From Octopus sinensis (taxonomy: Eukaryota): a stretch of 64,000 bases of DNA. The notes beneath the pieces are model-generated. The model was not told where the DNA came from, made no database searches, and worked only from the letters and a program-made list of their open reading frames with translations. Each line of letters begins with the position of its first letter. Within the stretch, counting starts at the first letter, position 1. Where the stretch lies: assembly GCF_006345805.1 (NCBI RefSeq), contig NC_043006.1, forward strand, positions 6,572,001-6,636,000, in the 5' to 3' direction. Positions 13,734 to 28,357 of the stretch are shown in pieces. The position numbers and the translations under genes were made by a program.

Positions 13734-14212
13734 CGGTTATTTTTTGTTTTATATACAGATACCAGGCATATCACCAAACTTCATCTGTTTCCAAGTAAAG
13801 AAACATTTGAATGTGGCCAAACACGTTTTTATAGGAGGTAAAAAAAACATGGAGACAATATTACTATCTCCATATGAACACACATTCGCACATACATACA
13901 TGCATACAAACATACATACATACATAAATACATACATACATACAAACATACATACATACATACATACATACATACATGCATACATGCATGTATGCAAACA
14001 TACATACATACATACATACGTACGTACGTACATACATACATGCATGCATACATACATGCATGCATGCATACATACATAATGCATACAAACATACATACAT
14101 ACATACATACATACATACATACATACATGCATGCATACAAGCATACATACCTGCACATATACGATCTCCATTTGCCAAATCCACTCATGAAGCTTTGGCT
14201 TTAGCCGACCCC
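13734..14212 (-). repeat. Inverted, circularly permuted copy of the 11620-12870 unit
   Basis: Reverse-complement match to both halves of the tandem unit. Confidence 0.85.
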
Positions 14213-14353
14213 GTGCTATTTGAAGAGTAACAGTTTGAACAGGTATTAATATTATAATATTAGTCTCCAGTGATACAGAGCTTTACTCACATGCATCGAG
14301 ATATGCACGCAGACGCACACAAACACACACTCACACATACACATAATACATAA

Positions 14354-14384
<31 letters not shown>

Positions 14385-14403
14385 TCTTTATCTTTTCATC
14401 TTT

Positions 14404-14652
14404 ACGACCAGTCCATCAGATGTAGTTACACATCGCTGGTCACAATGCGTTCGCATTGTTTTAGCCTTCGAATGAAAGAGTGGAAGAAAGAGTGGTGAAA
14501 GAGTACAGCAGGGATCACCACACCCTGCCGGAGTCTCGTGGAACTTTTAGGTGTTTTCGCTCAATAAACACTCACAATGCCCGGTCTGGGAATCGAAACC
14601 GCGATCCTACAACAGCGAGTCCGCTGCCCTAACCACTGGGCCATTGCGCCTC

Positions 14653-14654
<2 letters not shown>
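14404..14654 (-). mobile_element. SINE S1 with tail B, internally deleted
   Basis: Head TGGAGGCGCAATGGCCCAGTGG on the minus strand; tail B at 14404-14475. Confidence 0.85.
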
Positions 14655-14692
<38 letters not shown>

Positions 14693-16653
14693 ATATGAAT
14701 TAAAGATAAAATCACTATTTTGCAACTCAATATACTCCCTAATATTATTATTATTATTATATATATATACATCCGACTTTTATGATTGTGTATGCAAGAA
14801 TATATGAATCAATGAATTTCTCAGCAATTACGTACAACATACATAATAGTTATTTTAAAACATAACTTAATTGCGTGCACATACACTGGATTTTGTTTGC
14901 TTCTTGAATCCATATTAACCCCTATTATTTTACAGCAATTGTTACATATAATACATCATTTCAGAAACATATTCTAATTTATTGGTCTCCTATAATTAAC
15001 TACGTTATCAAGAAAGTAAATATAATGCAACAAATTAATATATGGTATCGATCATCACGTTTATATATACGCTTGCCTTCGTCTCGTTTTCACAGTTTCA
15101 AACACTGTAGTTTCGTATTCAATAAGCGACGCCTCTTTCTTCTACGACACAATATTTCTGTATAAATCTAGTGTCATCCTCTTATGGTGTGACGTACGAA
15201 AATAGTTTCTGCGCTCTCTATATTTTTCATCTGTCATCTTTGAAGTATTACATATTCACCGTGTATAGAATGCTATATTAATGTTGATATGCATCTTTCA
15301 TTTATGTTTCCCTGCAGATTTGTCCCCTTTCATACTATCGTAAAACACGCTGCGCAACTTTTTATTAACCGCAACTTCTTAGTAATCTGCTTTTCTCTGC
15401 ATCTTCAAACGGAACTAATTCACGAACACATTCCTCCGAGTGAATACTTGTATGGTGTCAATGACAGCATAGTAAGACATAAAATTATCACACATGTTGA
15501 AAGGAATCCTATCTCCCAATACATAATATAGCTAAACGTTGAGATTAATATATAATGTTCTCATAACAAATGCCTTTTTTTCTTCTTGTCATGCATAGAA
15601 ATGTATTCCATTGTTAGAACACACGATGTTGCTTTTGCTTTTACTTCGCTAACATTTCATGCAAATGTTTATTGTCTGATACCCATATATAAATTATTGC
15701 TAAAATTTCCTATTGTGCTTTATTCTAAACGAAAAAGAGTTCTTCAAATGTAGGAGTTAACAATGATTTAATCATAGTTTACAATATATAATTATTTTTT
15801 TAGTCGTATGTATTTTCTAGCAAAAATATAAATTTATATTATAAGCATTAAGAATTAGATGATATACTTCTATGACATGTGATGGTACAGTGTTCAAATA
15901 CGTATAATGTTATGAAATCCCGTCAGACACGTGATATACGTCAACTTTACAACACCCCGCAGTAAGAGAGGTCAACTACTGGAATTAAATAAAAAAAGGC
16001 AGAATTGTAATTATTACCTAAATAATCCACATATTTCTAGGCAAGGATATTTTATAGAATAGTTTATATTCTAGGCAAGAATATTTTGCTAAAACCTTTG
16101 AAATATGAAAAATCCTTTTATCAATGCATTTGAGACGTTAAACAAAGTATGAACTGCGATGTCATTGAGTGAAAACAAGGAGAAGGACACTAATATGTCC
16201 AGGGCAATAACAAACCATTTTCCCGAACGCTTTCCTTATTTATTTCTTCTATTTGAACTCGCAAATATTTTTCCGAAGTATCATACTATCATTCAAGAAA
16301 TAATAATGCAGAATAATGCAGAATAATTTTCTCTTTGCTTTCATTTAATGATAGCTCTTCATATTTTTCGGTTAATGCCGCATCAGTATTGCTCAAATAT
16401 TTTAGCGAACGTTCACATCAGCATTGTAAAATGTTCATAAATTTCAGATGCTATTCCCAATATCATATATGTTCTACGAATGTGTACGAAATCATAGAAG
16501 CACCGCCATTTTCGTCGTGTAAACTTTCCTCTGTGAGCATGCTACAATACTTCCATATTAATTACGGATCACCATGCCGTTCAGGTGTGCTTATCTAGAA
16601 GTTCAATCAACTGAACTACCTGCCCATTGTATTGGTTTCCCATGTTAACTTTT

Positions 16654-17063
16654 ACTCTCTTTTACTTGTTTCAGTCATTTGACTGCGACCATGCTGGAGC
16701 ACTCCCTTTAATCGAGGAACTCGACCCCGGGACTTATTCTTTTGTAAGCGCAGTACTTACTTATTCTATCGGTCTCTTTTGCCGAACCGCTATGTAACGG
16801 GGACATAAACACACCAGCATCGGTTGTCAAGCAATGCTAGGGGGACAAACACAAACATGCACACATACACACAAATACATATATATATATACATATATAC
16901 GACGGGCTTCTTTCAGTTTCCGTCTACCAAATCCACTCACAAGGTTTTGGTCGGCCCGAGGCTATAGTAGAAGACATTTGCCCAAGGTGCCACGCAGTGG
17001 GACTGAACCCGGAACCATGTGGTTGGTAAACAAGCTACTCACCACACAGCCACTCCTGCGCCT
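16654..17063 (-). mobile_element. SINE S2, full length
   Basis: 12-bp TSD ATGTTAACTTTT at 16642-16653 and 17064-17075. Confidence 0.92.
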
Positions 17064-17396
17064 ATGTTAACTTTTCGAAATTCTCTGACAGAATCAACCT
17101 CGACTGAGGTTCCATATGTAAACGTAATAGAAATAATTTAATTCTGACTTGAAAGATGTACAATATTCCCGTATGTATAAAAATATTGAATACTTTACAA
17201 AAGTCCATCCTCCTAAATATCTAATTTTACTTTAGCAGCAAAAGTTAAAGGGAAATCTAGGACCGGTACGGTAATAACAGCTTTCCCAACTTATTCACAT
17301 CTTGTCATGGCATACTTACAACAAAAAAGTATACGAACAATATTCAGATTCCTTATCGGCTTCCATATACGTATTATATATATTTATATGATTTAT

Positions 17397-17610
17397 AAGG
17401 CGGCGAGCTGGCAGAAACGTTAGCACGCCGGGCGAAATGCGTAGTCGTATTTCGCCTGCCGTTACGTTCTGAGTTCAAATTCCGCCGAGGTCGACTTTGC
17501 CTTTCATACTTTCGGGGTCGATAAATTAAGTACCAGGTACGCACTGGTGCCGATGTAATCGACTTGTTTGCCCCCTCTGTGTTTTGTCCCTTGTGGGTAA
17601 TAAAGAAACA
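17397..17610 (+). mobile_element. SINE S3 with Tx1-type tail
   Basis: Head AAGGCGGCGAGCTGGCAGAAACG, B box GAGTTCAAATTCC, tail GTGGGTAATAAAGAAA; TSD TTATATGATTTAT at 17384-17396 and 17620-17632. Confidence 0.88.
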
Positions 17611-18099
17611 TATATATCCTTATATGATTTATGCATTCTGTGAATACAGAGACATATGATGTCATCGAACCTCTGTTGAATTTTATAATGGTCAATTTCA
17701 TATTAAAATACGCTCAGGGAGAAGCAGTATTTCTTACATTTCAAAAAAGATAAAACCTTCGAAACCGACATTAATTTGAAACCATAAGAATAAAAACAAT
17801 ACTTATGTATTTTATGCCAACCGCTCCTAGAAAATCTACAATTTAATCTTGGTGAAATTATCGAAGGAAATACTCATATTCATAATTATGAAAATTGATA
17901 TTTGTACTCAATATTCTCAATTAATATCTGATAAGAATACGCCAGGGATAGATAATAAGGAATAAGGGAAGATAAAAGCTGATGCAGATACTACCTCAAG
18001 ACTTATTTATGTTTAATAACCGAATGAATTTAATAAAAGCATCAAAATATGAAACATGAAAATTGTTCAAAGTAAAGTCCTTCTTGAGCGACACATTTT

Positions 18100-18800
18100 C
18101 CCATCTACTTGAATGATTTGCTGGTGATAGTAAACTGGGCATTGTTGTTAACAATCACCTGCGCTGGACGAAACACATTTTTAAAACCGCATTAAACCCT
18201 GAAGGTATTTTAGGATCCGTGAGTCGGAAATTTTTATCAGACGCCCACCTGCTAGGGTACTTCCATACTTAGAGTTTGCATCTTTAATCTGAAACACACA
18301 TCTTGTTGAAATATCGATCTACTGGAAACTTGCCAGAGATGTGCAATCAGACACATACCTTATCTCGGTCACTACATATTGGATATATTCTTTTTCCTTG
18401 ACATCGATGCAAGGAAGTTTTGGCATCCAGTAACTCACATGGTAGAAGCCGACAAGAAAATCCACTACCTTTTCCGACAATAACTTCGACCACCTTTTTA
18501 GAATTAAATATAACAATCACTCGTAGACATGCTTGCATAATCCAAAATTAGCGGCGCCTTCAAGGCTTTCAGTAGCATTTGTTTATACTTAGAATTGTGG
18601 AGGCAGGGAATAAATTACACATGTCACTTGTCAATTCAGCCGAGAGACTGCAGCGTTCTAGAATCCAGTACCTCATGAAATTCTCTACTGCTACTCCTGA
18701 CGTACCCGTGCAATCTCTTCAATTCGTTGAGCTTTTTAATGTTCGCTTTTCTGCCTTTTATCATTGTGTAATATGAATGTACGGTTAGTTTCATTGCTGT
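18100..18800 (+). pseudogene. Decayed CR1/L2-like LINE ORF2 C-terminal fragment
   Basis: Translates to LGIVVNNHLRWTKHIF...GILGS and LEFASLI*N, typical of the post-RT region of CR1-group LINEs; boundaries approximate. Confidence 0.6.
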
Positions 18801-19095
18801 CTTTATTTGACTTTTGGCTGCTTGCCGTCCCTTGTTCTAACCTTTTCCGACAAGTCGTAGTCTAACTGTGCATTGTATATTATACAACTATTTTTTTTCT
18901 CATTTTAATATAGAAAGTGGGTTGGTGTCAACAACGTTTCATTTGGGAAATCATGAAATTGTGCCATCAGTAAAATTAACGTGAGCACAAACATACACAC
19001 ATTCACACACATTCACCTCTGTATGTATGTGCCAATACATAACCTTGCAAATTTAGCTTCAACGCACAGACACGCATGCATAACCATATCTATCT

Positions 19096-19353
<258 letters not shown>

Positions 19354-19493
19354 TTTAATAATAATTATTACCTTTGAAGGTTTTTATTTCCATGTTGGCC
19401 ACTTGAAAAGATCGTTATTTAATTTAAAAATTAACAATCTTATCCTTATATATATATATATAGTTCAGCAAACAATTTAGATTCAAATGAATC

Positions 19494-19989
<496 letters not shown>

Positions 19990-20668
19990 GTATATATACA
20001 TATATATATGTATGTATATATGTATGTATGTATGTATGTATTGATCTAATAGAATGTTTTAGATTCTGTTATGATTTTAACTTACGACAGAGGAGAGTAT
20101 ATCAAGAACATGTGATGAGGTGATAATGCATCTATATTATTAAGTTCATGAACACGAGAGATTGATGGAGAGAGCATTAGTTATTCTTTTCTAAATGTTA
20201 TTCGATTATAATGCTTCTAAAAATAAAACCACATTAATTATCAAGATGAATATTATTATTAATATTTTGATTTTAAAAATTTCAAGTTGTATACGTATTC
20301 CGCTGGAAATGTGAGTAATTAACCAGGAAAATTCTACTTCCGATCTCTTATGATGAGCATAATGTTATAAATGATTGGCATGAATGCCATTAAGCGAATC
20401 CATTGTCATTAAAACGTAGTACATTTAGTGACTTCCTGTATTTGAAGATGTAAGACAAATCTCGAAAGGATTTTGAAAAACGAAGAATGATAACCAATTA
20501 TACATTTACGTTCATAACTAATAAATAGTAACCGATATATAAACCGATACAGAGAGTGAGTGAGACTGGCATTCGCTGATACATCTCGGAGCACAATCAC
20601 AAACAGTGTACGCTAGCTAGTTTAGGTACATTACAGTACACACACACACACACGCACACGCACACACA

Positions 20669-20743
<75 letters not shown>

Positions 20744-20788
20744 AATGAAAGAATGGAGTCGAACGAAGATGTTAATAAAATTCCTTTA

Positions 20789-20870
20789 CTCTCGACACAT
20801 GTTTCGAAGACAGCATATTTTCATTCCGAAGGAATAAAGGGTGCATTATGCAATCTTCTCATCAGGAAAG
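20789..20870 (-). ncRNA. Type I hammerhead ribozyme motif with an enlarged stem II loop
   Basis: Minus strand CTTTC-CTGATGA-GAAGA...TCTTC-GAAA-CATGTG-TC-GAGAG; all core nucleotides present and stems I and II pair. Confidence 0.7.
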
Positions 20871-21210
20871 AAAAGGAGCCTCTCTCAACAACAAGACAAA
20901 TAAAAATTTCGATGATTGCCTACATGGTAACCCAAGCGATAATGAGTGTTTTTTTTTTAAATCCGTTATAAGCATTGACGTCACAAATGTTTATATATAT
21001 ATATAAACATAATAAAATAGGGGAATAAAAAATAAATTATTATTACCAGTAGCCTAGCACAAAAGACGAATTAGTCATTAGACTATATATTATTCATATA
21101 GAAATACAATAAAAGGCTTCCAAATAAGGAAGCGTTGTGCTAGAAAACCAAACAGGGATAAATTCATGAAAGGAATGAAAATTAAAAACATTTACCATCT
21201 CAGCTATATC

Positions 21211-21267
<57 letters not shown>

Positions 21268-21745
21268 CAAGATAACATTTTCCTGATCGGATTTGTAGTC
21301 CGTCGTTTAGTTGCCCATTTAGCTTAGTCTGAAATAAAAGGATTTGCACAAAATCAAAGCGAAGACGTCCTGCGAGTCGAAACGACGATAGCGAGTGCAA
21401 CTGGCCTAATCATTAAACCCTGCACCTTCACCTGCGTGCCTGCGTGCCTGCGTGTGTGTATGAGCATAGACATGTTTGTATATGTGTGTATGTGTGTTCT
21501 TTGTGTACGTGGGTTTGAGTTTGTACGTGCTTATACATACATACATATTTTCATCAAGAGTTATCTTCTCCTTCCAAAATATTTTATACACACAACTACA
21601 TTACAAAGTGACATACGAAAACACAAGCATAAACAGAACACGGACGTTTCGGAAGTTAAACACTTCTCCTCTCAAAGACAATTTTAACTCATTAAGATTT
21701 TAGCTTACTAAGATTCTATAATTTTATAACCTGTTGTTAACTCTT

Positions 21746-22087
21746 GTGAAGGCGCATGGCTCAGTGGTTAGAGTGTCGAGCTTACGATCATGAGGTTGTG
21801 AGCTCGAATCCCGAACCGAGCTGCATGATGTGTTCTTGAGTAAGACACTTTATTTCACGTTGCTCCAGTTCACTCAGCTGTAGAAATGAGTTGCGACATC
21901 ACAAGTGCCAAGCTGTATCTGCTGTTGCCTTTCCCTTGGGTAACACTGGTGGCGTAGAGAGTGGAGGCCGGTATGCATGGGTAACTGCTGGTCTTCCATA
22001 AACAACCTTGCCCGGACTTGTGTCTGGGAGGGTAACTTTCTAGGTGCAATCCCATGGTCTGTGTCGTGACCGAAGTGGGTCTCAGGA
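21746..22087 (+). mobile_element. SINE S4, full length
   Basis: 11-bp TSD TGTTAACTCTT at 21735-21745 and 22088-22098. Confidence 0.9.
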
Positions 22088-23931
22088 TGTTAACTCTTAG
22101 CGATAAATAGATAGATAGATAGATAGATACAAATGCTGCATTTCTGAATTACTAAAGTTACTTTAATGCTATCATTTGTCACTTAAATTACGTAGCACTG
22201 GACGTTACTTCTCTTATATTTCATCCAGTAAATTATATGTGTCCCATTCAATTCCGTTAAAAATCTAAATCAATTTGCCTATTTACATCCTTCTTAACGT
22301 CAGATAAAGAGGAATATTTGATAGACTACGTTCCATTTATATCTAGGATTTGTATAACATCACGAATATTATTAATGCAACTTAGGTAAGTTAAATTGTG
22401 GTGTTGTCCATTTTTCATTCAAGTTGTTTTCATAAACCAGAGAAAAAGATTTATAACGGCATACTTCCTGCTATACATATTATTTTGAGTACTTACGTCT
22501 GAAATCAATTATCGGATTTTATTATCGAGTATTTTTAAAGAAAATATTTGCTCTCGTACACTGAGTATTTTCAAATTTCCAATCCCTCTTTCATATTACT
22601 CGTATTAAAAGCAATATTATTATTTTTCAGCTTACAAAATTTCTAATATTGATTTCCTAAAGATCGATTTTTTAATTATAATAGAACACAAGGATTTCAA
22701 CTTGAAGTATGTGCTAATGGTGATTCATCTTTTTTTTTTTATTCTTCAAACTATGTTGTTTGTCCAAAAGAATACTTTGTAGATCATATATCGGATAGCG
22801 AAAATACCATCTAAAATGTTATCAACTGCATGAGATATATGCTAAATAAGCAATCAATTCCATCAAACCCATCACTTGTCCAATCAAAATAGCTGTGTGC
22901 CTGTTCAAAAGAGGTCATTCCTAAATTATTTTAGAAATATAAATATTCTTTCTTCAACAAATTACCTTTCTCCAATCCAGAGAGTTTAGAAGACAGGTCG
23001 CTTTCTTGCAGATGAAAAAGAAAACAAAAGGAACAAAAGCAATTACTGATATTTTGTTTCAAAGAACGTTTTAATCTGAAATCGTTTTAATTATATTTCC
23101 TTTCTTCGCCGATTGAAAAATTCCATTATTTTAATCTTAACAGTAATTTAATATTAATTAAATCGTCCCAGTAATTGCATTCCTTCATATATCTAATCAA
23201 TAAGTGATTTCATTATGATCTAAGCGAAATTCTCTCTGCTGCCTGTCCTCGGGCGCTTTTGTTATATCGTCCCGCAGTGATTAGCATTTCTAGGCGTGCA
23301 TTAAAAATACTTCTGAAACAACGAGCAGGTTGGATAGTATTTATATTTCATTTTCTTCATTAGCTAACCATATCATTGACAGATTCCGTGGAACACACGC
23401 ATGCGCACAAACACACACACATATATATTCCTCACAATGTTATGAAGTAGCAATAAAAAACTCATTGAGATTCATTTCAACCAATACTCTGGACTGTACA
23501 AATAACCACTTCAATTTCGCATCAGATTACCTGCAAGAAGGTTGATTGTTTTAACCCTACATTGGTGTTTTATCTAGGTATTGACGGAGTAAATCCATAA
23601 CTACATAATTTGTCTGACAGAAGATATGTGTTTGCCTTACATACGATGCTATCCTAATTGTAATTGAACTATTTTTTTATAATTAGGAAATTTTGCATGA
23701 AATTATTCTACATTCTAACATAGTCGCTTTTCTCTCCACGACGATGAAGAAGGTTATTTGTTTTCTTGTGTTTGTTTGCATTCGTTACCGGTTGCAAAGT
23801 TCTGGTGAACTACAGTTGCCAACATTAGGAAGTAAAGAAGTAACTCCGAGACCCCGAAACAGCTCTCGGTCTTGTAACACCATACCTTCTCCCCTTTAAT
23901 GCATTGAAATTATGCAATCTCATTAGGTTTA

Positions 23932-23944
23932 CTCTCTCTCTCTC

Positions 23945-23985
<41 letters not shown>

Positions 23986-24009
23986 ACATATATGTATACA
24001 CACACACAC

Positions 24010-24044
<35 letters not shown>

Positions 24045-24150
24045 TGTATGTATGTATGTATGTATGTATGTATGTATGTATGTATGTATGTATGTATGTA
24101 TGTATGTATGTATGTATGTATGTATGTATGTATGTATGTATATATACATA
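23932..24150. repeat. Compound (CT)(TA)(TG)(TATG)n microsatellite
   Basis: Directly visible. Confidence 0.95.
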
Positions 24151-25618
24151 CATAAATAAATAAAAGTTACAATATGAAAGCATTATTGCTGGTAAAAACT
24201 GGAATAATGAGGCGGTTAGCAAGACTTCTACCTTAATAGGTATAATATTAGATATTTGAATAAAAGAAAGGTAAAAATACTGCTTGCCAAAGATGAAAGT
24301 GAAAGCTTCAAAAACCACCAATCCTAAGATAAATACACACACGAGCAATGCAATGAACATTTTAAAAAATAGGCCTACCTTCAGGAAGGAATTTGAATAT
24401 AGTTTACTTACCCCCAATATCAATTGATTTCATGCTGTGCATGAGAAAACATGCTTTGCAATCTTCAGTTGGAGATAGTAACACCTATTTCCAAAATATC
24501 CACTACGTCAACTCGTGTGCGTTTCGAACTCTAAACGTCCCGCTCCGTTTAAACTGAAAACTAACGTAAGCAATAAAAAATGTATCTATATGAAAGCATT
24601 ATTTCTGTTAAAAACAGTAATAACGAGGCTTTTAGCAAGACTTCTACAAAAGTATGTTTACTCGTGCACAGCATGAAAACAATATGTTTGGGGTTATGTA
24701 AACTATCTTCAAATTCCAATCCTGAAGGTAGGCCTATTTTAAAAATATTCATTGCATTGCTCGTGTGTATTTATCGTAGGGTTGGTGGTTTTTTAAGCTT
24801 TCGCTTCAAGGTGCCACGCTGTAGGACTGAACCTGGAACCATGTGGTTCGTAAGCAAGCTACTTACTACACAGCCACTTCTACATCTGTGGAGAAAATTT
24901 AAAATTGATGGTATCAACAGTAGTAACATGGCTCGCAGGCAAATAGCATTATTTATCTATAAATTATAAATTTGCCCGAAGCATAAAGATGTATACAAGC
25001 ATACACCTACTAGAAATAAGAGCTAAAGTCTTAATTAAGCCACCATACAGCACCAAGATTACAGAGAAATAACAGTAGGCGAGGCCGGCAAAAGAGACCG
25101 ATAGAATAAGTACGAAGCTTACAAAGAATAAGTCTCGGGGTCGATTGCTCGACTAAAGGCGGTGCTCCAGCATGGCCACAGTCAAATGACTGAAACAAGT
25201 AAAAGAGTAAAAGAGAGATGATATTAAATGTAGTGACATCTTATTTCAAATTTTAGTGTTTGAATATATTGTTTATAAATATTTCTGCACCATGTGCTGT
25301 GTTTTTGGCGCAAAACAAAACCAGTACACCAACGGTGTTCAACGTGACTGCCTTGAATTTTCACTCGGTTGTCCACACTGAAGAGGCTCAAGGATTAAAT
25401 TTTCCAAAAGCCGAAACCCGGATTTTTGGATCTGCTTTTGAATGTATTAATTCTTTCAGTTTCCTCGCCTACTGTTATTTCTCTGTTATGTTTGTGCTGT
25501 ACGGTGGTTTAATTAAAAAAATTAGCTCTTATTTCTAATAGATGTATACTTCTATGCATCCTTATTATTCGTGCAAATTTATAATTTATTGCTAAATAAC
25601 CTTTATAATATATACTTG

Positions 25619-25851
25619 AAGGCGGCGTGCTGGCAGAAACGTTAGCACGCCGGGCGAAATGCGTAGCCGTATTTCGTCTGCCGCTACGTTCTGAGTTCAA
25701 AATCCGCCGAGGTCGACTTTGCCTTTCATACTTTCGGGGTTGATAAATTAGGTACCAGTTACGCACTGAGGTCGATATAATCGACTTAATCCCTTTGTCT
25801 GTCTTTGTTTGTCCCCTCTGCGTTTAGCCCCTTGTGGGTAGTAAAGAAATA
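25619..25851 (+). mobile_element. SINE S3, full-length monomer
   Basis: TSD TTTATAATATATACTTG(AA) at 25602-25620 and 25852-25870. Confidence 0.92.
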
Positions 25852-25879
25852 TTTATAATATATACTTGAAATTAGGAAA

Positions 25880-26185
25880 GCGCCTCGTTAAGAAATTCGG
25901 ATCACGATCGTAAGGTCACGAGTTCAATTCCCGGTGACACATTGTGTCATTGAACGTGACACTTAATTGCATGTTGCTCCAGTCCACTGAGCTGGGAGAA
26001 ATGTGTATTATATTTATTTCAAAGGGGCAGCTTTGTCACATTCTGTGTCACGCTGAATCTTCCTGAGAACAATATTAAGTGTGTTCGTGTCCGTGGAGTG
26101 CTCAACTACTTACTAGTTAATTTCACGAGTATGCTGTTCCGTTGATAGGATCAGCTGGAACCCTCGTCGTCGTAACCGACGGGGC
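25880..26185 (+). mobile_element. Old chimeric SINE: S4-type head and central block with S1 tail A
   Basis: GTTGCTCCAGTCCACTGAGCTG (S4) followed by TTTCAAAGGGGCAGCTTTGTCACA...CGTAACCGACGG (S1 tail A). Confidence 0.7.
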
Positions 26186-26741
26186 AGTTATATTTGAATT
26201 TAAGGAGGTCAGTTGGCGCAATCATTAGCGGACCGGATACCAAAATGCCTAGCAGCTTCACGCACGTCCTTATAATCTGAGTTCAAATTCTATCGAGGTT
26301 CACTTTGTTGCTTATCTTTAAAGAATCTAGAAGATAAGTACTAATTAAGCACTGGCGGTTCATTCTAATTGACAGATGCATTCTCTAGTATTTTCTGTTC
26401 TTGTGGCGCAATTAATAACACGTCTACATACACAATCAAAATTGTGTAGACTTGTCGTGCATCCTAAGCAGAAATAATCTCATCTTGAATTGGCTGTATT
26501 CAGCAGTATTGCTTCCCATTCGAATGATATTATGTGAGGTGTTTATATCGAGGACAAAATGGGCGTTCAAACAAACCAGTTGTCTCTGTCGGTGGTTTTA
26601 TGACTATTGATTGCTTCAGAATAATTCATGCTGGCATATTATTCTAATTCTGAAAGCCTGATTAAAGTTTACGAAAGACAATGCAGACAAAAATGCTATT
26701 TGGACATAAATATATTAATTTCCTTTCTTTTTGTCTTTATT

Positions 26742-26776
<35 letters not shown>

Positions 26777-26901
26777 TCCTCTTTGTCTACCTTTCTCCCT
26801 TTGCCTGTACATGCAACCATACATACGCAAAATCATACGCATACACATGTATATAAATATATAGATGCATGCACATATAAACACACACACACATACATAC
26901 A

Positions 26902-26936
<35 letters not shown>

Positions 26937-26985
26937 CTAGCGTGAGAGAGAGACAGATGATTATGTAGACAGATAGATAGATATG

Positions 26986-27024
<39 letters not shown>

Positions 27025-27997
27025 AGTGAAGGTATTGTATGTGTGTACAATGGGCGGTAAACAATTAAACGTATAAACTGTACCATGGCTTGCAGTAATT
27101 GGCCCTTTAGCCTAAATACGTTTTATTGAATCTAGTCTTATCCTGTATTTTTTTGTTTCCTTCATCTGCTTTGTATTCCTAGATTAATTAGGATGAAATC
27201 TATCCGATCATAATAATGAGACATAGATATTTGATACGATTGTCCATATGAAGGCTAATGCTCTATTCCCGCTACTTAACAAGCGATAAAAACGTATGTA
27301 ATTTTATACGGGGATTCTCTGTTCAGAGGAATACTTCTAAAAAAAGCCATTTAGAGGCTTACACATAATTATATGAATAAATATATATTGAGCCTATACA
27401 CGCATATGTTTGTGCAAGAAAATCTCATACAATTTATGACTGTCACTTTTTATTCAAAGAAATATATTTGTTAACTACACCACAACTGCATGTATGTATA
27501 TATATATATATATATATATTTCAGAGAATACCTTTGTTAAAACGTGACATACCCTGTCTCGCTTATTATTTTGTCACTCTTTTATTACATTTTACCCATA
27601 TATTATCTGTGATCAAGCATGCTTATCATACAAGGTATTCCACCCGTGACCATCCTATTGTTTTATTCATTATGTTGAACTGCATAATTTAAGTATCTTC
27701 TTATATACTAATTAGTAATGATGCCAATTTGGAGGAGTTGTAAATGCTATTTCAGCAGTCCGTCCAATCCTTTTAATAGCCCATCGTCACTCGTAACCCA
27801 CTTGTAGTTTATCGAGTTGGCCACATATCAGATTATTTCCAATTATTGACTACCCTCTTTTCCTTTTGCACAAAGCATATCTACATCCACACTATCCAAA
27901 GATTCCAACGTGTACGAGGGAGATCGGTTTGGTTCTTTTTTTTCTGGCAGAAAAAGTATGCGTTGAATTAAATACACACAAATATATATATTAGAAG

Positions 27998-28357
27998 ATT
28001 TATAAACAATTCATAAATAAGGGCAAACGAAAAAATTTCTAATGCCAAATATGCCGAAAAATTGGACATATTGTCCATTAACCATATAATACCCATCTTC
28101 CATGGGTATGAGTAAGTATCTCATTTATTTCTTTTGCCACATGTATCACTGACGAAGGGAGGGCTGTTATGAGCTGACCCTGAAATCGGTCCGATATGGT
28201 AATAATGGAATTTTTTAGAAATTTCTGTCGACCCTTTTTCGAGTAGCGTGCGTATTGTGAAAAAATTATATGGTTAATGGACAATATGTCCAATTTTTCG
28301 GCATATTTGGCATTAGAAATTTTTTCGTTTGCCCTTATTTATGAATTGTTTATAAAT
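27998..28357 (+). mobile_element. Penelope-like element fragment: perfect 93-bp inverted repeats around a hammerhead
   Basis: Arms at 27998-28090 and 28265-28357 are reverse complements; hammerhead at 28144-28196. Confidence 0.75.
28144..28196 (+). ncRNA. Minimal type I hammerhead ribozyme
   Basis: TATCA-CTGACGA-AGGG...CCCT-GAAA-TCGG-TC-CGATA; predicted cleavage after C28191. Confidence 0.75.

Noticed and set aside
11720-14230. Many 100-170 aa ORFs (MYVC/HTYI repeats)
   Set aside because: Translations of (TATG)n microsatellite, which lacks stops in several frames; not genes.
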